34,244 nt of DNA from an uncultured Roseburia sp. (lineage in GTDB: Bacteria > Bacillota > Clostridia > Lachnospirales > Lachnospiraceae), in assembly GCA_947564765.1 (NCBI GenBank), contig CANODN010000001.1, forward strand, positions 1-34,244, in the 5' to 3' direction. Within the stretch, counting starts at the first letter, position 1; each line of letters starts with the position of its first letter. Below the pieces are notes generated by a model. It saw only the letters and a list, made by a program, of their open reading frames with translations, was not told where the DNA came from and searched no databases. Shown piece after piece: positions 7,501 through 15,472 of the stretch. The position numbers were made by a program, and so were the translations under genes.

Positions 7501-10191
7501 ATAATGCTGCAGGAACTTCGTAGGAAGGTTTGTTAAAAAGGTTGTTGTCATATAGCTATCAAAATTGTTATTGCTTCCCCAGCCTTCAAAACCATTTAAA
7601 TCATAACCGCCCAACAGCGGATTATTTGCAGCTCCTCCGTAAGACGGATAATTCAAAACAAAGGAATCCTTCTGATGGTTTCGGATAAACCGGATGATGT
7701 CGCTGTTCACGCCCTTCATGGCAGCGCCGCCGTAATGGCCCTCTGTTGCCCAGTGCTGCCAGGTAGAATCGTATTCTCCTTCATTGCCGAACTCGGTAGA
7801 GAATCGCCAGCCAAGGCTGTTAAACTGCTGCGCAATCTTACGTGTCTCCCAAGAATCTCCGTACCATACATCCAGGTACATAAAATCCAGATTGGTATCT
7901 GTGGTCTTTTTCTTTTCTGCTACGGTCTGTGCAATGGTTGCCGCATCTGCCACTGTTTCGTTTTCGCCTTCTCCTACAACTCCCGGCCACTTGTTGGCAT
8001 AAAGAGATGTATCGTTCAGCTGATCGTAAAGCTGAAGCAGACGTTTATAACGAAGACCGCTGCCAAGGTCATACGGACGGTTAATCGTAAGAGACTGATC
8101 CAGCCAGCCCCAGCCTTTCGAACCTGGTCCGTTGATTAATTCATCACTAAAGCTCTGTGCTTCCGGATACGCTTCCTGGGCATTGATATGAATACCCGTC
8201 TGTGTATTGTACTGATGAGCAATCGTATTCAACTGCTTTAACTCTTCGACTCCGCCAAGACGTTCTCCGATATTGCCGTACTCGGAGTTGGCAGAGTCAT
8301 GACCTTCGCTTCCGTATCCCTTCATCATAACGGCCTGCGGAAGTCCGTCAGTTGCCAGATATACTTTTTTAATATTATCCGCTACCTTTAAGTATGGGTT
8401 TGTAGCCTGACTGCTGAAGTTCATGGAAATACGGTAATTTACCAGATCTTTGGTATTTTCCCATCCCAGAGGATTGTTCATAATATCACGGTAAGCAATC
8501 GCTCCGTCCTGCCAGTCTACTTTTCCATCTTTGTTCTCATCTCCAGCAAAGCATACCTTTGTGCTCGGCAGCTCACTCACCGGCGTATATTTGTAATTCT
8601 CACTGTTATAATCTGCATCCAGAGCCAGATCGCCGTATTCATAATACCAGACAGAGCTTGTCAGTGACATGCTGTCGGCGCCGTTGTTCCTGGTAATTCT
8701 CTGATCGCCGGCCGCCTCGGAATTACTCCATACACCTGCCGTAATTCCATTGGCAGTTAAAAATCCGTAAGCAAATCCACTGGAATAATCAGGCGCAAAA
8801 TCGTCTCCGAAGGTCATCTCTTCATCACCGGTGGAATTCACGTCTCCCGATATCGTTGCACCTGCAAATTTTGCGTTATCATGCACATCCAAAATCGTAA
8901 CCAGATTTAAGTCAGGCACTTCGATTTTGTTAATTTTTACGCACCCGGTATTCTTTTGGATCTCCGTCACTTCCCATGTCAGATCGTTTTCCTTTACGGA
9001 AATTTTGACTGTCATATTAAGATTAATTGTTCCGTCTTCCGATTGCAGCGTCATGGGATACAATGCATGATCGGCATTGATCTGCACATTCCCCATATCC
9101 GGTGTAATTTCCACACCGTTGATTTTAATGACAGAAAGTGCTTCTTCCTGTCCCATAAATTCCGTTTCTCTGCCATCGGCCGTTACTTTATACTGATATA
9201 CCTGCGGAAATGTTCTGCTTACTGCCGCTTTCAGGCTGTCTTTCTGTATCCAATCGGTATATGAATTTGCCGACCTAGGCGTCATCTGAATCTCACCAAG
9301 CGTGGTATCGCCGCTAATCTCAACACCCTTTTGCGTGCTCGGCATATAACCCGCCGCAGACACCGATACATCATGGGTTCCTTTCTCCACGCCAAAAGAA
9401 AACGCTCCTGACGCATCTGTCTTACCGCTGTCATAACCGATACGTACAATTGCATCTGCAATCGGCTGCCCATCTGCGCTTTTGACATTACCGCTTACAG
9501 TATAAACCGGCGTCGGAGCCGCCTCTCCGCCTATCTGGCCGGTACGGCCTACAAGGAATTCCCAGTCATTTGACAGACTTTCTGTGCCCAGCATAGCATC
9601 TGTAAAACGATACTTCATCTGAAATTCTGAACGGAACCCAAATTTCCCTTCTCCGTTTGCTTTTTCCGTCAATTTCATAATATCTTCATTGTTCAGTGCT
9701 TTTCTGACATTATTTATACTGACAGTCAATGCTTCACGACTGGAGGAAATCACGACCTTCATACGCTTTCCAGGTTCCGGCGCAGGCAATCCTGCAATTG
9801 TAGGATAGCTGCCGCTTCCGTTTACCTTATACTCATAGTACCAATGCGGGCTTCCGCCGGTTTCATATCCAATATATAACCAGTTATTATCATCCAGATA
9901 TGTATAAAAAAATCCGAATTTATTCAATGCACTCGTCGGTTCAAAGGTTACGCTGAACGAACCGTCTACCGGCATTCTCTTTGTGGAATGTACAAGCACT
10001 GCAGGAGCTGCTGTACTTGCATCTCCATAAGCGTGCCCGCCGCCATTTCCGCTGCCGCCCTGTGCCTCATACCATGTCTTGCCTTCTGCTGCCTGCACCT
10101 GCTGTACCGGAAGTCCCGGCAAAACAGCCGTCGCTGTCAGTACGAATACCAACACAAGACTTAGCAGTTTTGTAAAACTACCCCTCTTCAT
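4573..10191 (-). CDS. GH101 endo-alpha-N-acetylgalactosaminidase, paralog 2 (1872 aa). Signal peptide, N-terminal beta-rich and carboxypeptidase-regulatory-like modules, GH101 core, Ig-like (Big_2), coiled coil, FIVAR-like, BspA-type LRR tail
   Basis: Motifs YRISMNFSSQATNP, MKGYGSEGHDSAN, GWGWLDQS, YLDVWY, RFSTEFG, THLSERHDPYTQSGW. Start moved to ATG 10191 (AAAGGAGGTA RBS, MKRGSFTKLLSLVLVFVL signal peptide). Confidence 0.95.
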   Translation of the reverse strand: MKRGSFTKLLSLVLVFVLTATAVLPGLPVQQVQAAEGKTWYEAQGGSGNGGGHAYGDASTAAPAVLVHSTKRMPVDGSFSVTFEPTSALNKFGFFYTYLDDNNWLYIGYETGGSPHWYYEYKVNGSGSYPTIAGLPAPEPGKRMKVVISSSREALTVSINNVRKALNNEDIMKLTEKANGEGKFGFRSEFQMKYRFTDAMLGTESLSNDWEFLVGRTGQIGGEAAPTPVYTVSGNVKSADGQPIADAIVRIGYDSGKTDASGAFSFGVEKGTHDVSVSAAGYMPSTQKGVEISGDTTLGEIQMTPRSANSYTDWIQKDSLKAAVSRTFPQVYQYKVTADGRETEFMGQEEALSVIKINGVEITPDMGNVQINADHALYPMTLQSEDGTINLNMTVKISVKENDLTWEVTEIQKNTGCVKINKIEVPDLNLVTILDVHDNAKFAGATISGDVNSTGDEEMTFGDDFAPDYSSGFAYGFLTANGITAGVWSNSEAAGDQRITRNNGADSMSLTSSVWYYEYGDLALDADYNSENYKYTPVSELPSTKVCFAGDENKDGKVDWQDGAIAYRDIMNNPLGWENTKDLVNYRISMNFSSQATNPYLKVADNIKKVYLATDGLPQAVMMKGYGSEGHDSANSEYGNIGERLGGVEELKQLNTIAHQYNTQTGIHINAQEAYPEAQSFSDELINGPGSKGWGWLDQSLTINRPYDLGSGLRYKRLLQLYDQLNDTSLYANKWPGVVGEGENETVADAATIAQTVAEKKKTTDTNLDFMYLDVWYGDSWETRKIAQQFNSLGWRFSTEFGNEGEYDSTWQHWATEGHYGGAAMKGVNSDIIRFIRNHQKDSFVLNYPSYGGAANNPLLGGYDLNGFEGWGSNNNFDSYMTTTFLTNLPTKFLQHYKVYRWENYASSEEIPKGNWSKTENNRLVTGTAACSHEKEIVLKSDDGKDTVVVTRNEEQLEAGEEQTNQTLNYVERTITLNGKKVLDDATYLLPWTDAETNKEKLYHYNYDGGTTEWELLPGWANLANVVVYKLTDMGRTEKQTVAVTGGKISLTAEADTPYVVLKGEEKPKRVTTWSNYAHVTDTGFNSYAGTGDGSALNKAVWSGDVTDEGVKVVRMVTGNKYLSMGSETKELAVSTNITGLTAGTDYVAAVYVDNQSEAKAWIEVNGGMKDVSNYTLKSLENNWVRCDAHNKAGLAGSKMQVMLVSFTPVSNKATLTFRREKGAGVTYFDDIRIVKKTLDNFQSDGSFKQDFESVVQGLYPFVMGSAQGVDDQVTHLSERHDPYTQSGWGNVVLDDVIEGKWSLKHHGNNQGLIYRTIPQNLHFEPGVTYKVSFDYQAGHEDMYFIVVGDGENSNYVWQSPSYLSKTAASAAGGKSTTEHYEFTVTGSDSGQTWFGLYSKKFTEQKGVEYSFGQRDFILDNLVVKSVQLDASQVTLKGVGDSRRLNTLQDVTWTSSDDAIVTVDETGYLTAVGTGTATITATMKEDPDLTAQCQVTVEAGSVSSILDQKQEEVTKAENSLNQAQDQLDAAIKALEDAQKAILAAQGALETARAELAAKEKEIDKLQTELSKLQAEKSKEEAAVELAITEWAQASEADKAVKLEAVKAAKDKLTAVEAEITNMDAKLKAAAVNVSKAQEEVDKLDPPKPPVTEDPDLTEAQEKLNQAITAASAIINAGQQNYTKASWEAFVAAYNAAKAGAGSDDTSKLSELLIKLTNTRNALAEEKLANGNTVTVGDVLYKVTDAANKKAVAVNGTNKDSTSIAIQGTVRINNTTCTVTEVSANAFKGYKKLKKVTIGANITKVGKAAFSGCKSLKTVKIQSKVLKSFGKKALKGTSAKLKVKVPKKMKPAKLRSKLIKQIKGAGNKKAKVK

Positions 10192-10232
10192 AATGTAAAA
10201 TACCTCCTTTTTTATCCCTTTTGACAAATTTT

Positions 10233-10261
10233 ATTATACGTTTCCCGCTCCTGTTTGTCAA
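10233..10261 (-). promoter_or_regulatory. sigma-A promoter of GH101 paralog 2
   Basis: Perfect TTGACA (10261-10256), 17-nt spacer, TATAAT (10238-10233). Confidence 0.85.
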
Positions 10262-10329
10262 TTATCCACATTATGTTATCTGATTATTTTTCAAATCGGA
10301 CAGATTGCATAATATGCCGCAGATCACCT

Positions 10330-11313
10330 TCATCCGATCATTCCCCGCCTCATACAATCTGCCAGCTCCTTCGCAAAATACGTAATATAAATATCTGTCC
10401 CCGCCCGGTATGCAGACACCGCCATTTCACAAAAAATCTGCTCTTCCTCAATCCATCCCGCCTGTGCCGCCGCTTTTACCATGGCATATTCTCCGCTGAC
10501 ACTGTAAGCGGCAACTGGAACAGGTGCGCTGTCCCTGATCTCCCGAATCAGATCTGCGTATGCCATGGCAGGCTTTACCATAACAATATCCGCGCCTTCT
10601 TCTACATCTAAAAGCGCTTCCTTCAAAGCTTCCCTGCGGTTATGAACATCCATTTGATATGTTTTCCGGTCGCCAAATGCCGGTGCGCTTTCTGCCGCAT
10701 CCCGGAAAGGTCCGTAAAAAGCGGAAGCAAATTTGGCGGAATAGGACATAATGGGCGTATGAAGAAATCCCTGCCCATCCAGAGCCTGCCGGATTGCTGC
10801 CACTCTGCCGTCCATCATATCAGAAGGCGCTACCATATCTGCTCCTGCCTGCACTTGGGACACTGCTGTTTTCGCCAGATACTCCAAGGTCTTATCATTG
10901 TCTACATTTGTTCCGCAGAGTATTCCGCAATGCCCGTGGGAGGTGTATTCACACATACAGACATCTCCGATCAGGTATAAATCTGGAACCTCTTTTTTGG
11001 CTTTTGCAAAGGCTTTTTGCACAATTCCATCCTGCGCATATGCCATGCTTCCCATCTCATCCTTGTGTCCCGGGATTCCAAAAAACAGAACGGAAGAAAC
11101 CCCGGCGTCTGCCAGCTCTTCCAGCTTTTCTCCCATTCGGTCTATGCTGTAGCGGTATTGTCCCGGCATCGAAGGAATTTCTTCTTTGATGTTCTCTCCT
11201 TCGATAAGAAACATCGGATAAATCAGAGATGACGGGTCCATACGCGTCTCTCTGACCATTTTTCTCAATACCGGATTGCCCCTTAACCTCCGCGGTCTTT
11301 TTGTCTGATTCAT
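10330..11313 (-). CDS. hemB: Porphobilinogen synthase (delta-aminolevulinate dehydratase)
   Basis: RPRRLR N-terminus, Zn-binding DVCMCEYTSHGHCG, APSDMMDGRV, YSAKFASAFYGPFRDA, VMVKPA. Start at 11313 overlaps the upstream stop (ATGA). Confidence 0.97.
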   Translation of the reverse strand: MNQTKRPRRLRGNPVLRKMVRETRMDPSSLIYPMFLIEGENIKEEIPSMPGQYRYSIDRMGEKLEELADAGVSSVLFFGIPGHKDEMGSMAYAQDGIVQKAFAKAKKEVPDLYLIGDVCMCEYTSHGHCGILCGTNVDNDKTLEYLAKTAVSQVQAGADMVAPSDMMDGRVAAIRQALDGQGFLHTPIMSYSAKFASAFYGPFRDAAESAPAFGDRKTYQMDVHNRREALKEALLDVEEGADIVMVKPAMAYADLIREIRDSAPVPVAAYSVSGEYAMVKAAAQAGWIEEEQIFCEMAVSAYRAGTDIYITYFAKELADCMRRGMIG

Positions 11314-12494
11314 ACTGCTTTTCCTTTCGCTTCTTCTAAAATCGCCATCATCTGCCCGATCCTCTGCTCGCAGGTATGGTATCTGCACACCTTTTGATAA
11401 CCGTTTTCTGCAATCTGTCTGCGCTCCTCTTCATGTGTCAGATAGTATCCGCACAGCTCCGTCAATTCCCCGATGCTCTCGAAGCAGACCAGATCTTTTT
11501 TATTTTCGAAATAGTAGGGAATTTCCGCCTGAAAATTCGTCATCAGAAATCCGCCGCTGCCCATCACATCCCAAATACGCAGGGGCAGGCCGCTTTTGAT
11601 ATTGGGAATTGTAAAATTCAGATTAATTTTGGACGCGGCAAATACTTTCGGCATTTCGCTCCAATAATCCAAAGAACCGCCGTAGCGTGTAAGAAAAAGA
11701 TCTCTGGTATCGCTGTTACTGTAAATTGTCACTGCATATTTTTTGGACAGCTCAAGCAGCGCCCGCCGCCTCTGTTCTGCAGCAGTCTTAAAGCCCAAAA
11801 CCGTAGTGGAAAAAATCAGTCCCAGATCTGAGAAGGAATCTTTGGATTTCTCCAGCTTAAAATACTGCTGCAACTCTTCCAGAACAGGAACCGTCAGCAT
11901 TTCCTCTAAAATATTGCCCCCGTTTACGCACTGCTGCGCCCAGATTGCCGCGTCAAAATACCCCCTCAGATATTCCGGAAGCTCCGGACGCAGTCTGTCG
12001 TAGCTGTTGCGTTCATAGAGACTGCCCACAAACGCGATGTCATTCTCATAGGCAATCAGGTCTTCGCAATGCTCCAGCAGATAGCGGATTCTTTCTGTAT
12101 TAACTGCCAGCGGAAGATACCAGATCTGCTCCAGTCCCATACCCTTAAACTCCAGATAATTGGTTTTATCAAAGGTAAAAAAATAATTGCAGGGCGCAAA
12201 CACTTTTTGATTGTACATGCTGATCAGCGGATTGTCACAGGTCCATACTACGTATGGAATCTGCAGCTTCATACAAACCGTTGTCACAAGGGCAAAATAA
12301 TTCACGGTAAAAACAATATCACAGCGTTCCTTTTGGATCATCTCTAAAAGCTTTGTCTCAAATGCAATATCCTCGTCATAGTGATCCAGATCCTGCTCCA
12401 CGGTGATATATTCATAACCCAGACCGGAAAATGCCTCACAGATATCTGCATAATTATATGCCTTCCATTTGTACACTAATATACGCATCTTCAT
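11310..12494 (-). CDS. CgeB-like (DUF3880 / Glyco_trans_1_2) glycosyltransferase
   Basis: YLPLAVN, DIAFVGSLY and C-terminal SKINLNFTIPNIKSGLPLRIWDVMGSGGFLMTN...EERRQIAENGY. GGGGG RBS. Confidence 0.85.
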   Translation of the reverse strand: MKMRILVYKWKAYNYADICEAFSGLGYEYITVEQDLDHYDEDIAFETKLLEMIQKERCDIVFTVNYFALVTTVCMKLQIPYVVWTCDNPLISMYNQKVFAPCNYFFTFDKTNYLEFKGMGLEQIWYLPLAVNTERIRYLLEHCEDLIAYENDIAFVGSLYERNSYDRLRPELPEYLRGYFDAAIWAQQCVNGGNILEEMLTVPVLEELQQYFKLEKSKDSFSDLGLIFSTTVLGFKTAAEQRRRALLELSKKYAVTIYSNSDTRDLFLTRYGGSLDYWSEMPKVFAASKINLNFTIPNIKSGLPLRIWDVMGSGGFLMTNFQAEIPYYFENKKDLVCFESIGELTELCGYYLTHEEERRQIAENGYQKVCRYHTCEQRIGQMMAILEEAKGKAV

Positions 12495-12506
12495 ATCCCC
12501 CTTTTG

Positions 12507-12965
12507 TCAGGAATCCTGCTGCATCAGCAAATCCAGCGCCTTTGCATACTTTCTGCGCCGCCATTTCTTCTGATTGTGTGTTACATGGATACACCCGTCT
12601 AATCTGCTCTCATCCATGTTATGATGTATATCCATAATCTTAATCTGTCTGGCAGCCGGCTCCTGCTTTAGCCTCTGTATGTAAGCAAAATAATCTTCTC
12701 CCGGCGTATGTGTCAACAAATCCACAAGCCTTACCACTTCTTTCGGAAATTCTTTTTCCAGATCTTCTAACGTAACCTTTGTATCCTCCACCACATCATG
12801 GAGCAGCGCTGCACAAACAGCCGACTCCTCTGGCATCACATTACAAAGGGATTCTGCCACATAAAACGGATGGAAAATATATGGCACACCGCTTTGGTCA
12901 TTCTGTCCGTGATGTGCGTCATACGCCGTTTTCATCGCTTTTTGCACTAATGGGGTATATAGCAT
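12507..12965 (-). CDS. Stand-alone HD-domain hydrolase of the RelA/SpoT hydrolase (small alarmone hydrolase / Mesh1-like) type
   Basis: AHHGQ..SGVPYIFHP, AALLHDVVEDT, IKIMDIHHN. No synthetase domain. Start at 12965 after AAAGGAGG. Confidence 0.82.
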   Translation of the reverse strand: MLYTPLVQKAMKTAYDAHHGQNDQSGVPYIFHPFYVAESLCNVMPEESAVCAALLHDVVEDTKVTLEDLEKEFPKEVVRLVDLLTHTPGEDYFAYIQRLKQEPAARQIKIMDIHHNMDESRLDGCIHVTHNQKKWRRRKYAKALDLLMQQDS

Positions 12966-13027
12966 GGGCGCCCTCCTTTTCATTGTAACAATTCAGCATT
13001 CGGCTTCATCGTTACTTTCTTTCATTC

Positions 13028-13056
13028 ATTATACTGGTTCTGAATTTTAATAACAA
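13028..13056 (-). promoter_or_regulatory. sigma-A promoter for the HD-glycosyltransferase-hemB operon
   Basis: TTGTTA, 17-nt spacer, TATAAT, directly after the uxaC terminator. Confidence 0.65.
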
Positions 13057-13058
13057 GC

Positions 13059-13093
13059 AAAAAAACAGCGCATGGTATGTTCCATACGCCGTT
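13059..13093 (-). terminator. Intrinsic terminator after uxaC
   Basis: Minus strand AACGGCGTATGG-aacata-CCATGCGCTGTT followed by a T run. Confidence 0.8.
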
Positions 13094-13115
13094 ACGCTGC
13101 AAGTAAGATATGTTT

Positions 13116-14546
13116 TTATTTTTCAGGATGGGATACGTCAGACAGCCGAAACCCAAAATAACGCACCGCATTGTTATAAGAAATCCCTTCTATTATTCTG
13201 CGCAGTGCCGCCTCATCCCTTGGATATTCTCCGTTTTCCACCCAGCCGCCGATCAATTCGCATAAAATCCTGCGAAAATACGTATGCCTTGTATAGGATA
13301 AAAAGCTTCTGGAATCCGTCAGCATCCCGATAAAATTGCCCAAAAGTCCCAGATTTGCCAAAGAGATCAGCTGCTCCGTCATTCCCTCTTTATGGTCATT
13401 AAACCACCATGCAGAGCCGTGCTGTATTTTCCCGATAGCAGAAGCGTCCTGAAAGCACCCCAAAACCGTACCGATCAAAGCGTTGTCCCCGGGATTCAGT
13501 GAATACAATATCGTCTTCGGCAGCTTTTCTTCTTCCTTTAATGCATTTAAAAATTCCGGAAGCTCCAGGGAAGACAATCCTCCGTAAATGCAGTCAAATC
13601 CGGTATCCGGTCCCAGCGCTTCATACGCGGTCCGGTTATTATCCCGTCTGCAGCCGTAATGCAGCTGCATTGCCCAGTCTCTGGCATGATATTCTCTCGC
13701 CACGGCCAGCAGAAATGCCGTCTGAAACTGCAGTCTTTCTTCTTTTGTAATCCTGTTTCCGGATAACCGCTTTTGAAAAACAGCTTCCACCGCTTCTTCC
13801 GAAGCAGGACGGTACATAACGTATTCCAGCCCGTGATCTGCAATCCGGCATCCCATAGATGCAAAAAATCCTATTCGCTGCCGCAATGCTTCCAGCAACG
13901 TCCGAAAAGATACAATTTCGATTCCGCCGGCTTTGCCAAGCTCCTGCAGATAATCCGTATAGTCCTCTTTTTCCAAATGCATGGCACGGTCCGGCCGAAA
14001 CGTGGGCAGTACCTGTATTTCAAAGCTGTCGTCTTCTGCAATTTTTTTGTGCCATTTCAGGCTGTCTGCAGGATCATCCGTTGTGCAAAGCAGCGTCACT
14101 TTTGACTGTCTCAGCAAATTCCGCACGGACATGGACTTTTTCTTAAGGCTTTGATTGCACAGATTCCATACCTCTTCCGCCGTCTCACGGTTTAAATACC
14201 CCTGATATCCAAAATATTTCTGCAATTCCAGATGACTCCAGTGGTACAGCGGATTCCCCACCGCCATTTCAAGCGTCTCTGCCCATTTCTGAAATTTTTC
14301 ACGATCAGGCGCATCTCCTGTAATGTAATATTCCTCCACGCCGTTGGAACGCATCTGCCTCCACTTATAATGATCCCCCCTCAGCCAGATCTGCGTAATG
14401 TTTTCAAATTGTTTATCCTCCGCAATATCCTTTGGATCAAGGTGACAGTGATAATCCAGGATGGGCATCGGCTCTGCATAATCATGGAACAATCTTCTTG
14501 CACATTCTGTGGAAAGAAGAAAATCCGCATCCATAAATTGTTTCAT
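13116..14546 (-). CDS. uxaC: Glucuronate (uronate) isomerase
   Basis: MKQFMDADFLL start, PILDYHCHL, GDHYKWRQMR, CTTDDPAD, GSAWWFNDH, GMLTDSRSFLSYTRH. AGGAGG RBS. Confidence 0.97.
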   Translation of the reverse strand: MKQFMDADFLLSTECARRLFHDYAEPMPILDYHCHLDPKDIAEDKQFENITQIWLRGDHYKWRQMRSNGVEEYYITGDAPDREKFQKWAETLEMAVGNPLYHWSHLELQKYFGYQGYLNRETAEEVWNLCNQSLKKKSMSVRNLLRQSKVTLLCTTDDPADSLKWHKKIAEDDSFEIQVLPTFRPDRAMHLEKEDYTDYLQELGKAGGIEIVSFRTLLEALRQRIGFFASMGCRIADHGLEYVMYRPASEEAVEAVFQKRLSGNRITKEERLQFQTAFLLAVAREYHARDWAMQLHYGCRRDNNRTAYEALGPDTGFDCIYGGLSSLELPEFLNALKEEEKLPKTILYSLNPGDNALIGTVLGCFQDASAIGKIQHGSAWWFNDHKEGMTEQLISLANLGLLGNFIGMLTDSRSFLSYTRHTYFRRILCELIGGWVENGEYPRDEAALRRIIEGISYNNAVRYFGFRLSDVSHPEK

Positions 14547-14688
14547 TGATGATATAGACCTCCTGCTCTTGCTTTTTGGGCATCTCTTTATGGCCGCTCC
14601 CAAGGAGTCGGTCTCGCATGCTCTTATAGTTAATATCTGCAAAAACGAGATCTCTCTGCATGGAAATCACTGGAAATACGCTCTCGCA

Positions 14689-14895
14689 TCACGTATCGTC
14701 CTCCTCTTTCCAAAACAGTTCATCCAGCGTTTTCCCCAAAACCCTGCATATGGCAATACAAAGGTTGATCGTAGGATTATAATCTCCTTTTTCAATAGCG
14801 TTTATGGTCTGTCTGGATACCCCGACCTTTTCCGCCAGCTCCTGCTGGGACAAATCCAGTCCTGCCCGGGCCGCCTTCAATCTCAGATTCTTCAT
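14689..14895 (-). CDS. XRE/Cro-family HTH transcriptional regulator
   Basis: LSQQELAEKVGVSRQTINAIEKGDYNPT. ATGA overlap with the upstream gene. AGGAGG RBS. Confidence 0.92.
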   Translation of the reverse strand: MKNLRLKAARAGLDLSQQELAEKVGVSRQTINAIEKGDYNPTINLCIAICRVLGKTLDELFWKEEDDT

Positions 14896-15437
14896 TTGTC
14901 CTCCTGTCCTTCATCCGCTTCTTTTCCGCAGAATCTTTTCACCAAAAGCAGAACCAGAACAAAAAGCAGCATCAATCCTACCGCAAGATTCACCGCCGGA
15001 AAATCTATCACTCCATTCTCCCAAAAATCTCCTCTCCAAATATACACAAGGCCCAGCAGAATATTTACAATCGATAAAACCGCAAATATAATCACCACAC
15101 GCCGCGGCCTCTCGTTCAGAGAAAAATATCCATCCTTCCAGATCGCATAAGAAGCATACACCGTAACACCAAGCAGCATTCCAATCGCCATAATCACTTC
15201 CCGAACCACAATCCGCTCCAGAAAGCCCCCATATGCCATATTAAGCGCTTCATAAATCAGCAGTGTAAAAAATCCGTATTTAAACCCTCTTCCTCGAATC
15301 AACTCCTGCCTTTCATCAAATTTGCATCTCAAGGACCTGTCCTTCCTGGAAAATTTCAAAAGCACAACCACCAGTAAAAACCCGATCGCCGCTCCCGCCG
15401 AAACCCCAATCACATATCCCAAATCATAACTGTTCAT
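14892..15437 (-). CDS. Multi-pass membrane protein of unknown function (DERQ-motif type, commonly paired with small XRE regulators)
   Basis: About 5 hydrophobic segments, FDERQ motif, AAAGGAG RBS. Confidence 0.8.
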   Translation of the reverse strand: MNSYDLGYVIGVSAGAAIGFLLVVVLLKFSRKDRSLRCKFDERQELIRGRGFKYGFFTLLIYEALNMAYGGFLERIVVREVIMAIGMLLGVTVYASYAIWKDGYFSLNERPRRVVIIFAVLSIVNILLGLVYIWRGDFWENGVIDFPAVNLAVGLMLLFVLVLLLVKRFCGKEADEGQEDK

Positions 15438-15472
15438 ACTTTATCCGCTCCTTTCACTTTTTATCTGTCTAT

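Noticed and set aside
10221-10261. Invertible (phase-variable) promoter bounded by TTGACAAA/TTTGTCAA
   Set aside because: Only 25 bp lie between the repeats, the match drops to 5 bp in the paralog promoter, and no recombinase is present. Kept only as a possible operator.
12507-12965. HD protein as antitoxin of a toxSAS toxin-antitoxin or defence system
   Set aside because: No alarmone synthetase or toxin-like ORF is adjacent; neighbours are housekeeping-type genes.
14578-14602. Similarity of GGGAGCGGCCATAAAGAGATGCCC (minus strand) to the hairpin at 20768-20792
   Set aside because: Short, gapped match that does not preserve the stem; could be chance.
14509-15150. 213-aa plus-strand ORF, and the other plus-strand ORFs such as 19080-19790 and 30019-30729
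   Set aside because: All are antisense to well-supported minus-strand genes and lack family motifs.
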